Program-made: the position numbers and the translations under genes
In this document: positions 1 through 14,325 of the stretch, piece after piece
Layout of the letters: each line of letters begins with the position of its first letter
Numbering within the stretch: the first letter of the stretch is position 1
Notes under the pieces: generated by a model
Database searches by the model: none
Told to the model about the DNA's origin: nothing
What the model saw: the letters and a program-made list of their open reading frames with translations, nothing else
Assembly (NCBI RefSeq): GCF_964204865.1
Contig: NC_135254.1
Location: 19,468,001-19,532,000 of the forward strand
From: Styela clava
Taxonomy: Eukaryota
Length of the DNA: 64,000 nt
Direction: 5' to 3'

Positions 1-119
1 TTGATAGGTATTTGTCTGTCAGATACACGCGATATCTCACGAAAGCGAGCGTTTTATAACTACCTCAAGGAAATTTACAATCAGATACAATCAATAACAT
101 CAACAAACTATTCTCCTAC

Positions 120-3100
120 CTCGGCATCCGTGAAATGATGAAAAAGAATATTAGGTTTCGTTCCATCCCAAACTTTAGCTACAATGTGTGTGCTGCTAAC
201 TTCTTCAAAATTAAGTACCTATAAACACATGGTGTGGCATATACAACACAAACATAAATATCTAATTTTACCATTCATTTCATTGCATGCAATATCTTCT
301 AAACCTACGTAATAGACATTACAGAGTGATTCCAGAGCAGAAGATTTTGTTCGAAGAATTTTAATATGGAGGTCGTTTAAGTTGACAACTGAAGGTCGAA
401 TTAAGATGTCCACTGAATATTCACAAAATAAACAAGAGAGCAATGCTTGAATATATGGACTACGACTACCCGACCGTGTATATGAGTACAATAGAACCTT
501 GAAGCACAGATGTTGTGGAAACGATCAGCGAACAAGCAAGATAAAAAATAATAAAGAGTTTTCTCTAATTAAGATAAAATTGCAAATTTCGAGTGAAATA
601 TCAGGTTCCATAGGAGCTGAAATAGTTCAGTTCAGGGCTTCCCAAACTTATAAGCTCGGGGCCCCATCCAATATATTAAAATTTTTCATGATCCCTTTCC
701 ACGTTTAAAATGCTAACCCATTCGATACAAGCGCGTGGCTTCTAGGGCAGGGCTACTCAACCGGCGGACCACCATCTAAATCCGGACCTTTCGGGTATTA
801 AATTTGGATTGCAGCTGCTTCTTGAATTTGAATGCACCATTTCTTCTTGGGTAGCCCCAGTTTAGTCTATTATTTGCGATAAAAGTGATGTTTTCCCAAC
901 AACAACGAAGCAATACAATCCATAGGTTCATTTCAGGTTCAATAAGTTAGTTATAGTAAAAATATCAAAACAAGCTAGACCTGGCACACAAGTGTGAAAT
1001 GATCATTGTGATTTACTTCCTGGATTCTCATACATTTTTCATCTGCACCTGAACAAGCCTCTGGATGTTCTGCATACCATTGTCGAAGTTTGTCAACGAT
1101 TTCTCTATCAAAAGCAGTTAAAGTATACGATTCTGAACTTGCTTTTTCAGACGTCAAAATATCATCCTGAAAATTGATTAAAAAGTAATGAAACAATTTT
1201 ATAGAAGTGATTGCATGAAGATCTTGGGTTTAAACCCCATGCCGTCCACTTTACTAAGTCTAATAAATTTTGTAGAATATATTACAACAAAGATTCTGGT
1301 ACTACCAATCATTGCGTATCCCTATATATCGAGGTCTGTTTAAAAAAGGGTTGTTAAATAAAGGTGAAAACATGAAATGGCTGTGTATAAAAAGCTTCTA
1401 TATCACCTTGAGTTCCTATACAATACTGTTATTACATATGCATGATTGGGTCTAAATCAGCAGATTCTTTTCATGTTTAATTCATAATTTCTGTTCAACT
1501 TTTAAGAATTCAGTATAACACTTTATTCACATTGTGCTAGGCATTAGGAACGCGCTTTCCATCTCACTTCTTATTATCTCATTTTTAAGAAGATTGCCAG
1601 ACTCCTCAATGTCATAGGGTGGTTCTCATAAAAGCTGGTCGCTCGTGACTTCCTTCGCAATAAAATCCAGGCATAAGAAAGGAATATTTAGTTGACTATT
1701 GCTACACCTGGTAGAAGTTGATATTCGGACAAGCGGTCATGGTTCATCATTTGCATAGAACAAAAATCTTACCCTATAAATAACTACATAAAAGTTTGCA
1801 ATTTCCAAATTAAAATAGGAAAGATACATTGTTCACCATCTTCATGAAAATAAAATCTAGAAAGTCCTGTTAAACAGCATTCATAATAAGTAACATGTAT
1901 TTCACTTTGTTTGAGAGGTGTTACCATATTCGGTTACCTTTTTACTCCATTGCACCCATGACCATCCTCTTGTTGAACATAATACTACTTCATCACCTCT
2001 ATAGACTTTTAGCCGATGCAAACGTATAATGTCACCAACATCAACCTATAAATATATTTGATATTAGATAATAGATTCCACATCCAGAAACAACCATGGA
2101 ACATGTCCTTTCTAGTTAATATCAATAGCCAAATATAAGAAAGATAAATTTCAGCTGAGCCTCAAATTGAAACTAACTATCGCAATTAATGCTTATTCCA
2201 TATAGGTAAATGGGATTCTCACAAAGAAAAAGCAACTTTGTACTTTTAATCAATCGGTTTGCGGAATAAGCTTTGAATTCTGTAGGGAGTGATTGGGTGC
2301 GAGAAAATTATTGGGACTCTCACTACCGCAGGATGATTGACTCAATCGCTATTAGGATACAGCTTTTTCCACCTTTAATGAAACGTGGATGATTTACTGA
2401 TTGATTCTATATATTCCATCCCCTTATACAAAATTGTTAGTGGATGAGATGCTATGGTCTACCGTATAACTGAGAGTTTTATTTTTTTCCTCTTCTTCGA
2501 GACGATCATGAATTCTTCCTTTCTACTTTTTATCACCAAGAAAAGGGCTTTTTTAATATAAATACAAAATTCCTACGTGAATAAAATAATCATACCTTTG
2601 CAAAAAAGTTGATGTCTCTGTGAAACAATCTAATTTTTAGTGGAATCTGACTCGTGTCGTCTATGAGAAATACCAGAGCAAAGTAATCTGAAAAAAAGTT
2701 TATAATATTTTTGTGTTAGATATTAATGAGCTTATTTGATTCTAGAATCTTATTCATTATACTGTCATAATATCACTGTGTTGGAGAGAGAGAGATAATG
2801 ATATATTCCGAATACCATTAAAGTACACATTGCAGCTAAAAAAACAATGATCAGGAAAATATAATCAAGAGGGAGGGGGGCAAGACTGCGAGGTCGATCA
2901 GCCCCTAAACAGGATTAAACGGCCCCTAATGACTGAATGAAAGTGAACTGGGGGATCACAAACTTAAACTTCGAAATTTTTTATATTCAATTTCTAAATA
3001 TACCTGTTCCTCTAGATACTGTTGCCTCTGCGAAATCACATACAATTCCATAAACACAATAAGATGAAGATTGGCAATTTGATTGATTGTCATAAATTTC

Positions 3101-3190
3101 TTTCAGGGTTGAGTATTTGTATTTTGGAACTTTGCCACGACGTCCATCAGCCCAAGTCATTGGACGGTCATCACACTTAGATTTAGACAT
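120..3190 (-). CDS. POT1: Protection of telomeres 1 (POT1)-like OB-fold ssDNA-binding protein, 5' part (continues past the left window edge)
   Basis: Spliced exons ~3190-3004 (MSKSK...KYKYSTLKEI...CVYGIVCDFAEATVSRGT), 2687-2596 (DYFALVFLIDDTSQIPLKIRLF), 2045-1938 (VDVGDIIRLHRLKV), ~1167-980 (YTLTAFDREIVDKLRQW...FTLVCQ), 218-120 (HIVAKVWDGTKP), all GT-AG and in phase. The motifs SRGTDY, GDIIRLHRLK and KVWDGT match POT1 OB1/OB2. Confidence 0.9.
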
Positions 3191-4839
3191 TTCAAACTGA
3201 GAAAAGTAAACAAATTTTTAACATTTTAATATTCAGCGCATGTTCACTAAACGACGTAGAACCTATATTCAGCTTGGCACGACCACTTTTGCATATGTTA
3301 ATACTAACCCCCACCTGGCTCTGTCATCCAAAGACTACGTCACTACGACCTCACAAGCACATCAAGGAACTTGCCAAAGTATAGCTAAGATCGCCCGAAA
3401 TGCCATTTTCGCCATCGATAACGAACTCACTAACGCCAGCGATCTCTCTCACACCGAGATCATTACAATGAAAAAATGAGAAAAATAGCTTGCTCGATTT
3501 TGGGTGATCATCACACGTTTTGAATGACAGTTGGTATAGTGAGGAGGGCCTTAATACGTATTACAGTATTACGTTACTGTGACGTTAAATTTGAATAACG
3601 TCAGTAGTCAGATAGGGATGGTTGTGCCACACAGCCACGCCAACCAGAAGTAATTACGTCGTGTTGTGAACGTGGCCCCAATATTCAGCAATATTACGGA
3701 ATACATTATAGATATCATGCATCAGTTCATTCTTAAACTAGTACAATAGTATTTGAATGTGCCACGAGGCACCAACCAGGGATGTAAAAATCAAATATAT
3801 TCAAATATCATGGCTCTAATTTGGTGACGAAGTGATCTAGTCTACCTTTTCATCCATCCAACTCGAGGAATCAATTATTGCATCGCTAATACAGTGTTAT
3901 GCAGATTTTAAAGTCAAATAAACTTTTACTTAAAACAGTAAAATATATGTTTCTGGTTACTCATCAAACCACCATTTTTTCTCTTTATCAGCCGTGGGTA
4001 AGCCAATACGCAATAGCTTTCAATTAAACTGTTTGAATTTGTTTAATATATTACTTTGCCAAAATTTTCAGTGTATCCGCTTTGTCAAAAACTAAACCTA
4101 TACTCAGATATTTGCCACACACGTAAAATTATGTACATTTTGATTCTCGCGCAAGGGGAAGTACCTAAAACCAATAGATTTGAGGGTTATTTTTTCCGAA
4201 ACAAAACATGTGATTACGTACGAGCTCAGTACTAATTAGTGGTAGTTCAGCCGCGAAGAACTAAACAAAATGGGGTTTGAAATTATTTTAATAAGAGCAT
4301 ACCGATATGGTATTAAATTTCAATAGTTTTAAATTAAATAGTTGTTGAACAGGTGAAGGGTTTAAAGGTTAAATGTAGAAGTTTTTAGGACGAAATAACG
4401 AGTTAGAATTAGGCCAGTTCCGCAAGTACCGGTACAGTTCCGCGGTTTTGTAAGGGTAGTTTCTAGCTTTAACTCGAAACTGTAGTGGTAGTGAATAAAA
4501 AAATCTTAAAACAACCACTTTGGTCTTTTTTGTATTTTTTAATTTTTATTTCAATAATAAAATAATTTCTTCAACGGAAATGTATACCGTAGTTAACTAT
4601 ACGGTAGGCTATACCGTAGCCTAGGGAAAATAAAGGAACCGGATAATATTTACCGTAGGTACGTAACCATACCGTAGTGAATAGATTCAGCTACTCAGGT
4701 ACCGTACCGTACTGAACTATGGTATCGGTATGGTGTTATAGGCCTACCATATATTAATTGGTAATATTTGAAATTCTGGGGAAACAAAAGTTGTGACCAA
4801 AAACGTTTACAATTAATAAACCTCCCGACCTTATTAGCA

Positions 4840-5395
4840 TAGGATTGGAATTTACATATCTATTTATCCTGACGGAGAGGAAAGCGAATAACATATTTAT
4901 CCCGGCCTAACCATATGGCGAACCACGGCCTCTCGTCGGGTTACCAGTAAAATTCCATTTGGTATTCTGCCTGTCTGGTATTGGAATTTATTTGGCAAAA
5001 AAAGTTATTTTTAAATGGTTGTATAGAGTTGTCGGTTGTACCTGTATCGATATATCAATATACTCCTATCCCATTGTTCACGCCACAGTCCTGCAGTCGG
5101 TCCGCTCAACAGACGGGTTGAATTATGGATAGGATTTACATATTTATATCGGAAGAAAAATGTGATGAGATGGCTTATCACTTGCCACTGCCTCTCGTTC
5201 GGTTGTAGTACCATGTTGTGGATGGATTAGACGGCCACTTATTTTTCTTCAGATGCATGGTCTTGATAGTGAGGAAGTCGTATCCGACTAGCGGTCACGT
5301 GAACCACCCTACAGCGGCGGGAAGTCCAACAATCGTCACATCCAATTATTTTCCATTTAATGTGAACCCAGGCAGGGTAATCAGAAGTGTGGTAG
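4840..5395 (-). mobile_element. Two adjacent SINE-family fragments
   Basis: ATAGGATT...TACATAT ends at ~4840 and ~5128; CCTCTCGT(C/T)(G/C)GGTT core matches the copy at 56012-56190. Confidence 0.6.
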
Positions 5396-5420
5396 CTGCC
5401 GATTTTAATTTGAATATCTA

Positions 5421-5961
5421 CCGTATTTCCCGGCGACTAAGTCTACTCGGTAAATAAGACGAGGCCCTTTCTAAGCCTAAAAAATGGGTTTTGCATATAA
5501 CCGGCCGATAAGACGGTAGTAAAATCCCATCAACATCAAAATCTCAAATTACCATGCAAAGACTTTTAAGCGGTCGCCGTGTTTGCGCATTGGTTAAAAT
5601 AGCCTATTCAAACTGTCTTTCACTTTCAATCTAATTGTGTTCAATGTAACTCGTGATTGTGTCCACCATATAAAAACATTACCGATCTAAAATAACATGA
5701 CAATCTGATTATATTTAGTTTTTATAAATAAATATACATGTAAAGTGTATGTATGATAATCACAGCATTGAAATTCCAGATTCACATCGCGAGAATGCCG
5801 ATTTATTTAAACTAACCTGATGCGGACGTGTGGAATGCCATCGCTGAGGGTATTTTATGGTCCGAATTAAATAATAAGGCGCCACCAAAAATAAGGCGAT
5901 TCCCCAAAATTCAGGCCAAAAATTTGGGTCTAGAAAAGCGACTTATTCGCCGGGAAATACG
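5421..5961. mobile_element. Tc1/mariner-pogo-type MITE
   Basis: TIRs CGTATTTCCCGGCGACTAAGTC / GACTTATTCGCCGGGAAATACG, preceded by TA on the left. Confidence 0.75.
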
Positions 5962-6251
5962 AAATGATAAATGATAATAATTTGGCAACTTAAGATCTCC
6001 AATATTTATAGGGGGGAAAATAGTCCTGGTATGGTTATTCCGCCAGCAGACAATTTGCATGCTTAAATATTAAATAAAATAGCCTATTCAGCTATTATGC
6101 CCTGTTGCTACGTGTAAGAAATCTAGTGTAATATTTTAAAGTGATTTGTTGTCCTAATCTACAATTTCAAGTGAATAGTGTTTCTCAAGTAGTTGAAAAT
6201 CAGCATTGCTAAAGCTATTTTAAAATTAATATGCTTTCATGCTGGGCTCTA

Positions 6252-6487
6252 CTGTGTTTCCCCGAAAATAAGACTGGATCTTATTCCAATTTTCTTCCGA
6301 AAAATAACACTTATTTTCGGGGGATGTCTTTTATTTTCATTTATCAAAAGCAAAGTAGAGAATTACGAGATTTTCAAATATACAAAATATGAAAATCGAT
6401 ATCCATCTACCTATAAATAACACATTTTCCTCTCTCACATGTTTTAGATTAATCATTTAAAACAGTCTCATTTTCGGGGAAACACAG
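6252..6487. mobile_element. Tc1/mariner-pogo-type MITE
   Basis: TIRs CTGTGTTTCCCCGAAAATAAGAC / GTCTCATTTTCGGGGAAACACAG with TA on both sides. Confidence 0.85.
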
Positions 6488-8341
6488 TATATGTTTTTAT
6501 CTCGATGTAAACAGAGAAGCGAGAATATAATTTGTTTCCCAATGTTAAAAGAGTTTAAGGGATAGCAAAATATACAATCTGACCAAATTTGCTATTTTCT
6601 TATATATTGTTTATATTATACTATTTTTCTGAAATTCTGTTTTTACATTGTAATCACCATCAGAGAATGAAAACAACAATATGGACCTTTCGAAGTATCC
6701 TAAAAAGCTGGAATTGCATCTTTTATTAAATTATTCTTACTTTGCCATTTTCTTTTGCTTACTATTTTTAATTTTTTTTTTTGTAGGCACTAACATCGAG
6801 ATATGATTTTATTTTGGAAAGTGTAAATCACTCACTACTTCCCCATGAGGACAATTTATATCAATATGTCACTGCGCTAGGAGTCCAGCAGTAGGCCTAC
6901 CTTTAATGAAGTGTATCATGTGATTAGTAAGGACAGTGACATTTACACAGTGCTTTTTTGGTTCTAAAATTATTCAACATTCAGACATCAAGGAAGGAAT
7001 GTGTGTAAATCAGCAATGGAAATTGCATATTTCTGTATGCTGAATAACTTATTTTATTGATGTACTACGCAATAGTTTAGTAGCCTATCTAGTTATATCA
7101 TTAGCTTTGAGCAATTTGTTCGCTCATCAACTCAAACTCCCACTACTATCAATAACATGGGTACAAGTAATCAAGCTAAATTCTGTCACATGTAATGTTG
7201 TTTTCGATCCACAAATTCACTATTTTTGATTCAGATAGATTTTGATTTAGCACAAGGCATGAATTTTCGTGTTCAATTCTAACCATAATTATTCCAGGGA
7301 GAGAAATCACTCGACAATTCCAAGGATAATTTGAATAAATTTACATAGTTTAAGTGTTATTTGTACAAGGGCAGCCTTGATGTTGTTTATTTCCTTCTAG
7401 TATAGCCTATATGAATATGCAATCAGCTAGTTAATGCTTCAATCTGTGAAGTTGCGTTCCAATATTCCTGCGACATTTTAGGCAGGAGTTCTCAACCTTT
7501 ACCCTAAAATATGACCGCTGTTGTGTAAACAAATTTTCCTAATGTGACATGAGCGCAATAACATCGATTGCGTAACATCCACTATGTAGTTGATGACATA
7601 TTTCGGTCGAGTACTTTCTCGCTTGCAAACTCCAATAGTCACATTACAATTACAATAATTTTTATTATGTAGGACATTGGTTATAAGATACATTTCAAAC
7701 ATAATAGTACACATCTATGATTACAGAAGAAACTCTTGTTTTGTAATTGTATTATCAAAAGTTTGGGATATCATTTTCTGTGTTTAAAACTCTTGGCCAA
7801 GATTATTTTACACTCACAAAGATGTAAATTTGAATAATGAAAGTTAATTAGACCTAGATTTGGTTTATGGCATTGATATAATATAGAATTGCATAGCATA
7901 ATTCGCACACTTTAAAAATTCTGCATTCGACAGAAGAAGCTTTATAGATTATAAAAGGCAGCTGTGACATGACAAGATCAAACGTCGTTGATGTTAATTA
8001 AATTGAAAAATAACAAAACGAACGTGACTGCTTAATGCTACAGTGGGACGATACACTTGAATTACCGTACTTAAAATCATTGGACAATGGAAGATATATC
8101 AATTTGCATAACCCGAAACTCAAATTAACATAATATATATAAAGAGATAAGGTGTAAATGTAAAAAAATCGTGATAATTATATAATAATATGTGGATACA
8201 CACTACATAGTATATGTAAATTTTCATTATTTATATCCCGTGTCTCTGGGTAATTTTAACGATCATTGACAACAGGAGAGTTTTTTTTTACTATGGTTAT
8301 ACTTCCTCATCTTATTTACAACATTGATTACATAATGATTC

Positions 8342-11300
8342 CTAATACTGATGCAGAACGCTCATTGCTTCAGCTGATTTTGCACGTACACCTGGTGAAG
8401 AGTCCTTCAGTAGTTGAATTAGAGCTAAAACAATAAATTTTGTTAGTTATGTAAACAGTTTGTGGAATAAAGAAGCATATTTCATAGACACAGGTATCTA
8501 AAGTGATAGTGTAAGCAAAATAATATTACTATTAATATGTAATTCTGTTGGAATACTTTAGAACAGTGGTTCTTCAATTTTTTAAGCTGCGCCCCCATTT
8601 TAGAATTGTCAAGTCTTGCGCCTCAAAAATACCTACCGTAGCTAACAAAAAGCTACAAATACAAGATAATAAGGCAAAAGTTTTTTGTTTTATTCAAAAA
8701 AAGTTAAAACACATGGAAGGAACGTAAATATCCAAATAGTTTTATTTTTAATTAGTTTCACGTCCCCATCTAAAATTTGTCTACGAACCATTGGGGCGTG
8801 CACCACCGTTTCAGAATCACTGCTTTAGAATATATTGTGCCAGTTAGCTATCTCTTATTTGGAATCTGGATAGTTTTGGATAGTATGAAACATTATATAG
8901 TCAAATTTTAAAATGATATCACGCCAGTATGATTGATGAAAATAATAATTTCAAACCTGCACATATCTGTTCTCTTGTCACTGTATGTTGGACATCTTCC
9001 GGTGCATTGCTCATTAAGAATCCTATGTTTATAAAATGAACAGATAAAAAAGCTTAGTGCATTTAGTAGCATTGGTTTGAGTGCTATGACCTGAATTATT
9101 CAGCAAGTTGACATGATTAATAATTCTTATGAGGTAGATTTATATATAATACAGTAGTATATAGTTAGATTTTAGATAAATATGCCAGTATTTTAAATTC
9201 AAGTATAGGCTATGTCTCTTGTTAAATTTCAACATTGAAATCATAACTTTTCTGTATAGTGGATTAGTGGTTAATATTTAGGTCAGGGTGGTCCAAACCC
9301 AGGCCCGCCGCTTTATTATCTGTGGCCTGCGTCGCATTTGGTGTTGTTTCGTCATAAAAATATTATAGTAAAATCTTTCGAAATATTGTTACATCATTAA
9401 TGTTAATGAATTGACTAGTGTTATAGTTAGCTATGGCAACTGGCAAAGTTGAATGATGTGCTCAGCAGTCTAAATTGTTAACTGGATTTCTATTTTTGGG
9501 TCGGGAATATATGCTAACAAAATTGACTTCATAATAAACTAAAAATTGAATGAGAAATCTATTAGCCTAGGTTGGCTATGTCTGATAACTAAATATTAAT
9601 GCAATGACCGAACAATATAATTCCCAGGTGTTTTTAACAACCAGCCTAAACAGTGTTATAAAAACTGCTGCCTGTATGTCAGAAAATTTAGTAATTACCC
9701 TCCTGGATCTCAAATTTGGTGAAATTCGGTAATCATCAATCTGCAGTTATTTGTAAGTTAATTTTAACATGAATTTGAAAAGAAAGCTGACCAACAGATT
9801 TTTGACTGGATATGGGAGGGAAAATATCACAATGCTTGCTTAATATATCTGCAAGTTGTGTCTTTGACAATCTAAAACGATATTTCCCTTATGACACTTT
9901 CTTCGTTATGAAGAGTTTGAAATCTTACACTAAATGTAGATACAGTAAGATTTTTGAGATTGAGTTTTTAGTGGGTTTTAGCTTGGTAAATGACAAATAA
10001 TGATCAATGTGTTTGAACAATATAAAAGTGTTTGTTTTGTATTGCAGTATTGTGGCCTGCGAACAATACAAAAATAATAGTGTGGCCCGCGAGGCCGACA
10101 TTCACGCTGATTCAGGTCATTAAAATTGAAATAATTTCATGACATAATTTTAGAATAGTTGAATTAGGTAAGGTATAATCACGGATGAACAAGCTTTATC
10201 TTACCTGTAAACATTGCAGCGTTTGAGCGAATCGAGGCCCAGTGACTTTTGAAGAAGGACACACATCCCATTAAATATACATTTGTTTTATCTGGTATGT
10301 CTCGCACCTGCACAGATAGTATTAGGACCAGTTAGGTATTATCAAACAGTATGTTATTTGCACAATATGGCATTTTTAGTCCAAGACACTTGAGAATATC
10401 ATGTGCTGTGTTACAAATTGCAAATCGAAGCGCACTCAACGTTATATTCTGTTACAAATAGGCATACATTATTAAATTGCCTGTTTTTTTAAATTTTCAT
10501 GACACTTGAAAATCTCATGTGTTACAAATTGCAAATCGAAGCGCACTAAACGTTATATTCTGTTACAAATAGGCATACACTGTTTTTTTTATTTAAAGTC
10601 TCTGTATTGTTTTATTTGACATGCTACGAATATTATGTTTGCAGTTGCACCCTGTTTTTTTTTTGAGGTTTTACTGTTGTAACCAGTATTATTTGACGCC
10701 GTCTATCGTAGTTTGCTTTCTACTTTGTTACATTTGTTATGTCAATCAAAATAACACTCTGGTATTGAATTCAAATCTGAGACACAAACATCCAGAGTAC
10801 CATATTATATTATATTCCTTTACAATACCTGAATAGATTATCAATCACTCACCAAGATTTTTGACAAGTCGTTCATGAATTCACCGTAGTGAAGTTCAGC
10901 ATCCTCATGTAAAAACTTATTGAACATTTCAGTCGCTGCTTTTGAGCCAAGAACGTGACTTACTTTCTGAAGTGTTACTTTACATGCCTAAATGATAGTG
11001 AAAAAATAGGTCTACATTAAATGACGCAGGAAGCAATTGATTAAGGAGACATTTTATATTAATAACAATTTTGTCAGAGGACAGAGTTTCAATAGCAGTT
11101 AAGTGTGCGCATAAATAATTTGATTGTTTTCATTAGACAAGCTTTGAAAAGTACTGAATAAGAATTTAGGTCATTCTATAGATATTATAATAATTCTTGT
11201 TAGTGTGAGCTTTTTTTCCTTTATTTTATTAGGATCGCCCTCTCACCTTTGGTTGAAGGCCAGTAACCATTTTTTGACGAACTTGAGTGTATTAGGCATA

Positions 11301-13346
11301 ATGAAACATTGAAAAGCAATCTTGTTCAAAGCGAGTTCATGTGCACTTGCAGAGAAATATATAAGATTGATCTTTGAGGAAGTTATAGATGACAACGGAT
11401 AACATACTATAAATCATTATAGTGTAGGATTGCGCAATTTGCACGCTGGTTTAGTAAGTACTGATTAACAAAAGATTTGAAGAGTTCATAGTAATATATC
11501 ACTGACCTTTCGTACAGACTGATCATCATCATTCAAATGTAGTAGAATAGCTATCAGGTTGTTATGTACTTGCTCTACAAAAGCATTTTCCGAAGGTCCT
11601 GTCCCACATCTTGTGAGGCAACCAAATAACCTGATGGCAGTACTTCTGACATCAGGGTTATCCTGTTAAAATTATTTCAGACTAACAGTCACTTAGTCAG
11701 AACTCTAATATTTAATATCTAGGCCTACAGTTTAAATTGAGGCGATTGATTATATTTTAGGAATAAAACAATCTCACCTTTTCAAAGCATGGCCTGATAC
11801 GTAGACATAGATTCACAAATATTGAATGTATATTCGTGTTTTTCACTTCAGTTAAAAACCTAGAAATAAATGTTTATTAATTGATGACTAAAGTAAGATA
11901 TATGTTGCTTGCATGAAATTCGAAATGTCTCCGGGTTTCAGTAACCTCTGAACAAAATGACCTACTGTGAGATACATACCTATTCTCCAATAAGGATTAA
12001 TTGAAAGTAAATCATTTTGATAATGACGACTTACCTGGTTTTGATCTACTTATGCTATGCCATATAAATTCTATTTCGACACTGTGGGACATACATTTCA
12101 AATAATAATAAATAGCAAATTGAAAACATGTGACCACCTTTCCAGTCCAGTCATTGCCTCAAGGGCGATAGAGTCATCTAAGTCATGTTTATCATCCATT
12201 CCCGACATCATTGCACTCAACACACTAGTCCCATACCTCTCCACCTGAAAAAATAATTAATTTGACATTCACTGGGTAATATTAGTAAGTTTTCAAGAAC
12301 TGTGTATTACAATTATTGATATAATGTTAATATTTTTTGTGACGTATCCTATGAAACTTGATCCGAAGAAGTATATTGACTAAATTCTTTAGAAAAGAAA
12401 TGTATGACGGGAAGGCGAGACAAAAACAAAAACATTATTTGTAGAGACTACTTCGACTTACTATTCACAGGCATAACACATCGTGATGAACTACAAAGAA
12501 TACATGGGCATGTTGACACAAGTTAAGCTGAAAGATTTATCGTTGAATAACTACATGAAATATGAGCGAGACGGCATATCGGAAACTGTATGGAAGGCAC
12601 ATTCATAAGTCATGTTACTTACATGGATAGCTTAAATGAGATCATTTTGGTTTTATATTCTCGCTGCGTACTTACGGCGTCATAAATAGCACTAAGTAAA
12701 GTAATCCCAACTATATTAGGTTTTATTTGTATGTATACAATACTATGGGTCACCACAAACAAGAAGTCTTTGCTAATCATTGACGAGAGGTTAGCCAAAT
12801 ATCAGATGACTGTGGCAGGATTTATACTATGTGAATGTGAGCTCTGTCTGGCGCAACAATGCTTTTGTTTTGTTCTGGTCAATTGATTACCGTTAGTGAG
12901 GCAAAGGTATCAGGCAGTAACAAGAATTTACTTCCCAAAAAATGTTTTGTGTGAATGTAATGAAATCTCGATATTATTTCTCATATAAATGATTATAAAA
13001 ATGGAATATTTGAAATGTATTTGTATAAGACTATTTAGTGTCGTAAAAACAGGTAATAGTGTTAGTCTACATATCTGTACAGATTTGATGAAAAATTACT
13101 GAATTTTTGAATTATGCAACGGCTTGATGTTATTATCCGGATTGATTGATCTATATTATTTAGTGTTGTTAAAACAAGTGCAATTGTTAGTTCATATACC
13201 TGTTCAGGTGAGGATCCAACAACATTGGCAAGGCCACGTATACTAAGTCGTCTTACAACACCTGATGGATCAACCAGTCTTCCTCTGATACTATTAACAA
13301 TCACTTCTAGTAGAATTTCATTGTTGCCGGCAGACTCTGCGATGAG
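8342..13346 (-). CDS. MROH1: Maestro HEAT-like repeat protein (MROH1-like), last eight exons; upstream exons not found in window
   Basis: Exons ~13346-13200 (LIAESAGNNEILLEVIVNSIRGRLVDPSGVVRRLSIRGLANV), 12244-12138 (VERYGTSVLSAMMSGMDD...IALEAMTGL), 11859-11778 (NLCLRIRPCFEK), 11662-11507 (DVRSTAIRLFGCL...ILLHLNDDDQSVRK), 10987-10852 (ACKVTL...LHYGEFMNDLSKIL), 10306-10205 (FFKSHWASIRSNAAMFTG), 9022-8958, 8425-8342 (LIQLLKDSSPGVRAKSAEAMSVLHQY*). This matches the MROH1 C-terminus. Confidence 0.88.
8564..8822. mobile_element. hAT-type MITE
   Basis: Ends CAGTGGTTCT...AGAATCACTG flanked by a perfect 8-bp target-site duplication CTTTAGAA (8556-8563 and 8823-8830). Confidence 0.85.
9284..10110. mobile_element. 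Probable hAT-derived element in a MROH1 intron
   Basis: Begins CAGGGTGGTCCAAAC; GGCCCGC/GGCCTGC subterminal motifs near both ends; right end decayed. Confidence 0.45.
10408..10580. repeat. Local direct duplication (~60 bp core) in a MROH1 intron
   Basis: GTGTTACAAATTGCAAATCGAAGCGCACT.AACGTTATATTCTGTTACAAATAGGCATACA occurs twice. Confidence 0.85.
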
Positions 13347-14325
13347 CTGTAATAAATAATTCATCATTCCAGATGTGTAGCGAGCTACATTTTTATAACA
13401 CTTTTAGTTATTCTACAAAATTTAAATATGAGGAAGAAATATTGAACTATCATTACATCAACGTGTATTAGCACATAAGAAGGATTAATTATCATTGGTT
13501 AGTTTTACAGACAACGGTTTACAAATCTCCATTATAATTATTTCGATAGTATATACCTCCCTTTTTCCTCAAATTCAAACAGTATTTAAATTGTTTTCAC
13601 TTTAAAATCAAAAGTCTCATGTCAGTCTATGTTTAATAGTGCTCAGCCTTAACAAATAATTGTGCAATTTCATGTTCATTACCAAATTTATACTATTTCA
13701 TTTATTACTCAGGCTTTTATTGTAAGCTTGCTCAAAGCAAATATCTATGTAATAAAGTGAATTTTTATCTGACAGTGTACAAAACAAAGTTAAAATTCCA
13801 CACTGATTGGGAAATACTGCTAAGTCACGAAGTTAAATTATCATTCTCAAAATACAATTTTTAGGCACTCTTTTTTTATTCTTAGACATTGTTATGGTTT
13901 TCAATTCTACTTTATTGATAAAAGGAACTGCATTTGAATATAAGTTTAAAATTCCACTGTCAGGTCTTATACAATGTAGAGTTAGTCATAATATGCGAAT
14001 AATTTGCATAATAAGAAATGCTTAACAAGCAGTGACCAGACAGACGTTAGTCAGAATTTAGATGAAACTTATCTGAAATATTATTTCTATTGCTAGTCAA
14101 TGTTTATGTGATGTACAGCTAGCCTTTTATACTAATAATAAGGGGGGAATGGCCAATCCACTATTTACAGTCAAGGTAAATTTTTGGAGTAGTGTGGCAG
14201 TTATTAATAAAACTAAACCCATATAAATTTATTTTTCAGTCACTATCTGTTGATATGCGTTACCTCAGCTCTCATCCAATAGGCTTATACATGTTTGAGT
14301 TGTAGTACATAGAAGAGTTAATGAT

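Noticed and set aside
219-491. 90-aa - strand ORF inside POT1
   Set aside because: Lies in an intron; the POT1 frame joins the 980 donor directly to the 218 acceptor with the expected motifs.
3240-3479. 79-aa + strand ORF divergent from POT1
   Set aside because: No recognisable motif or downstream exons; more likely POT1 promoter or 5' UTR sequence.
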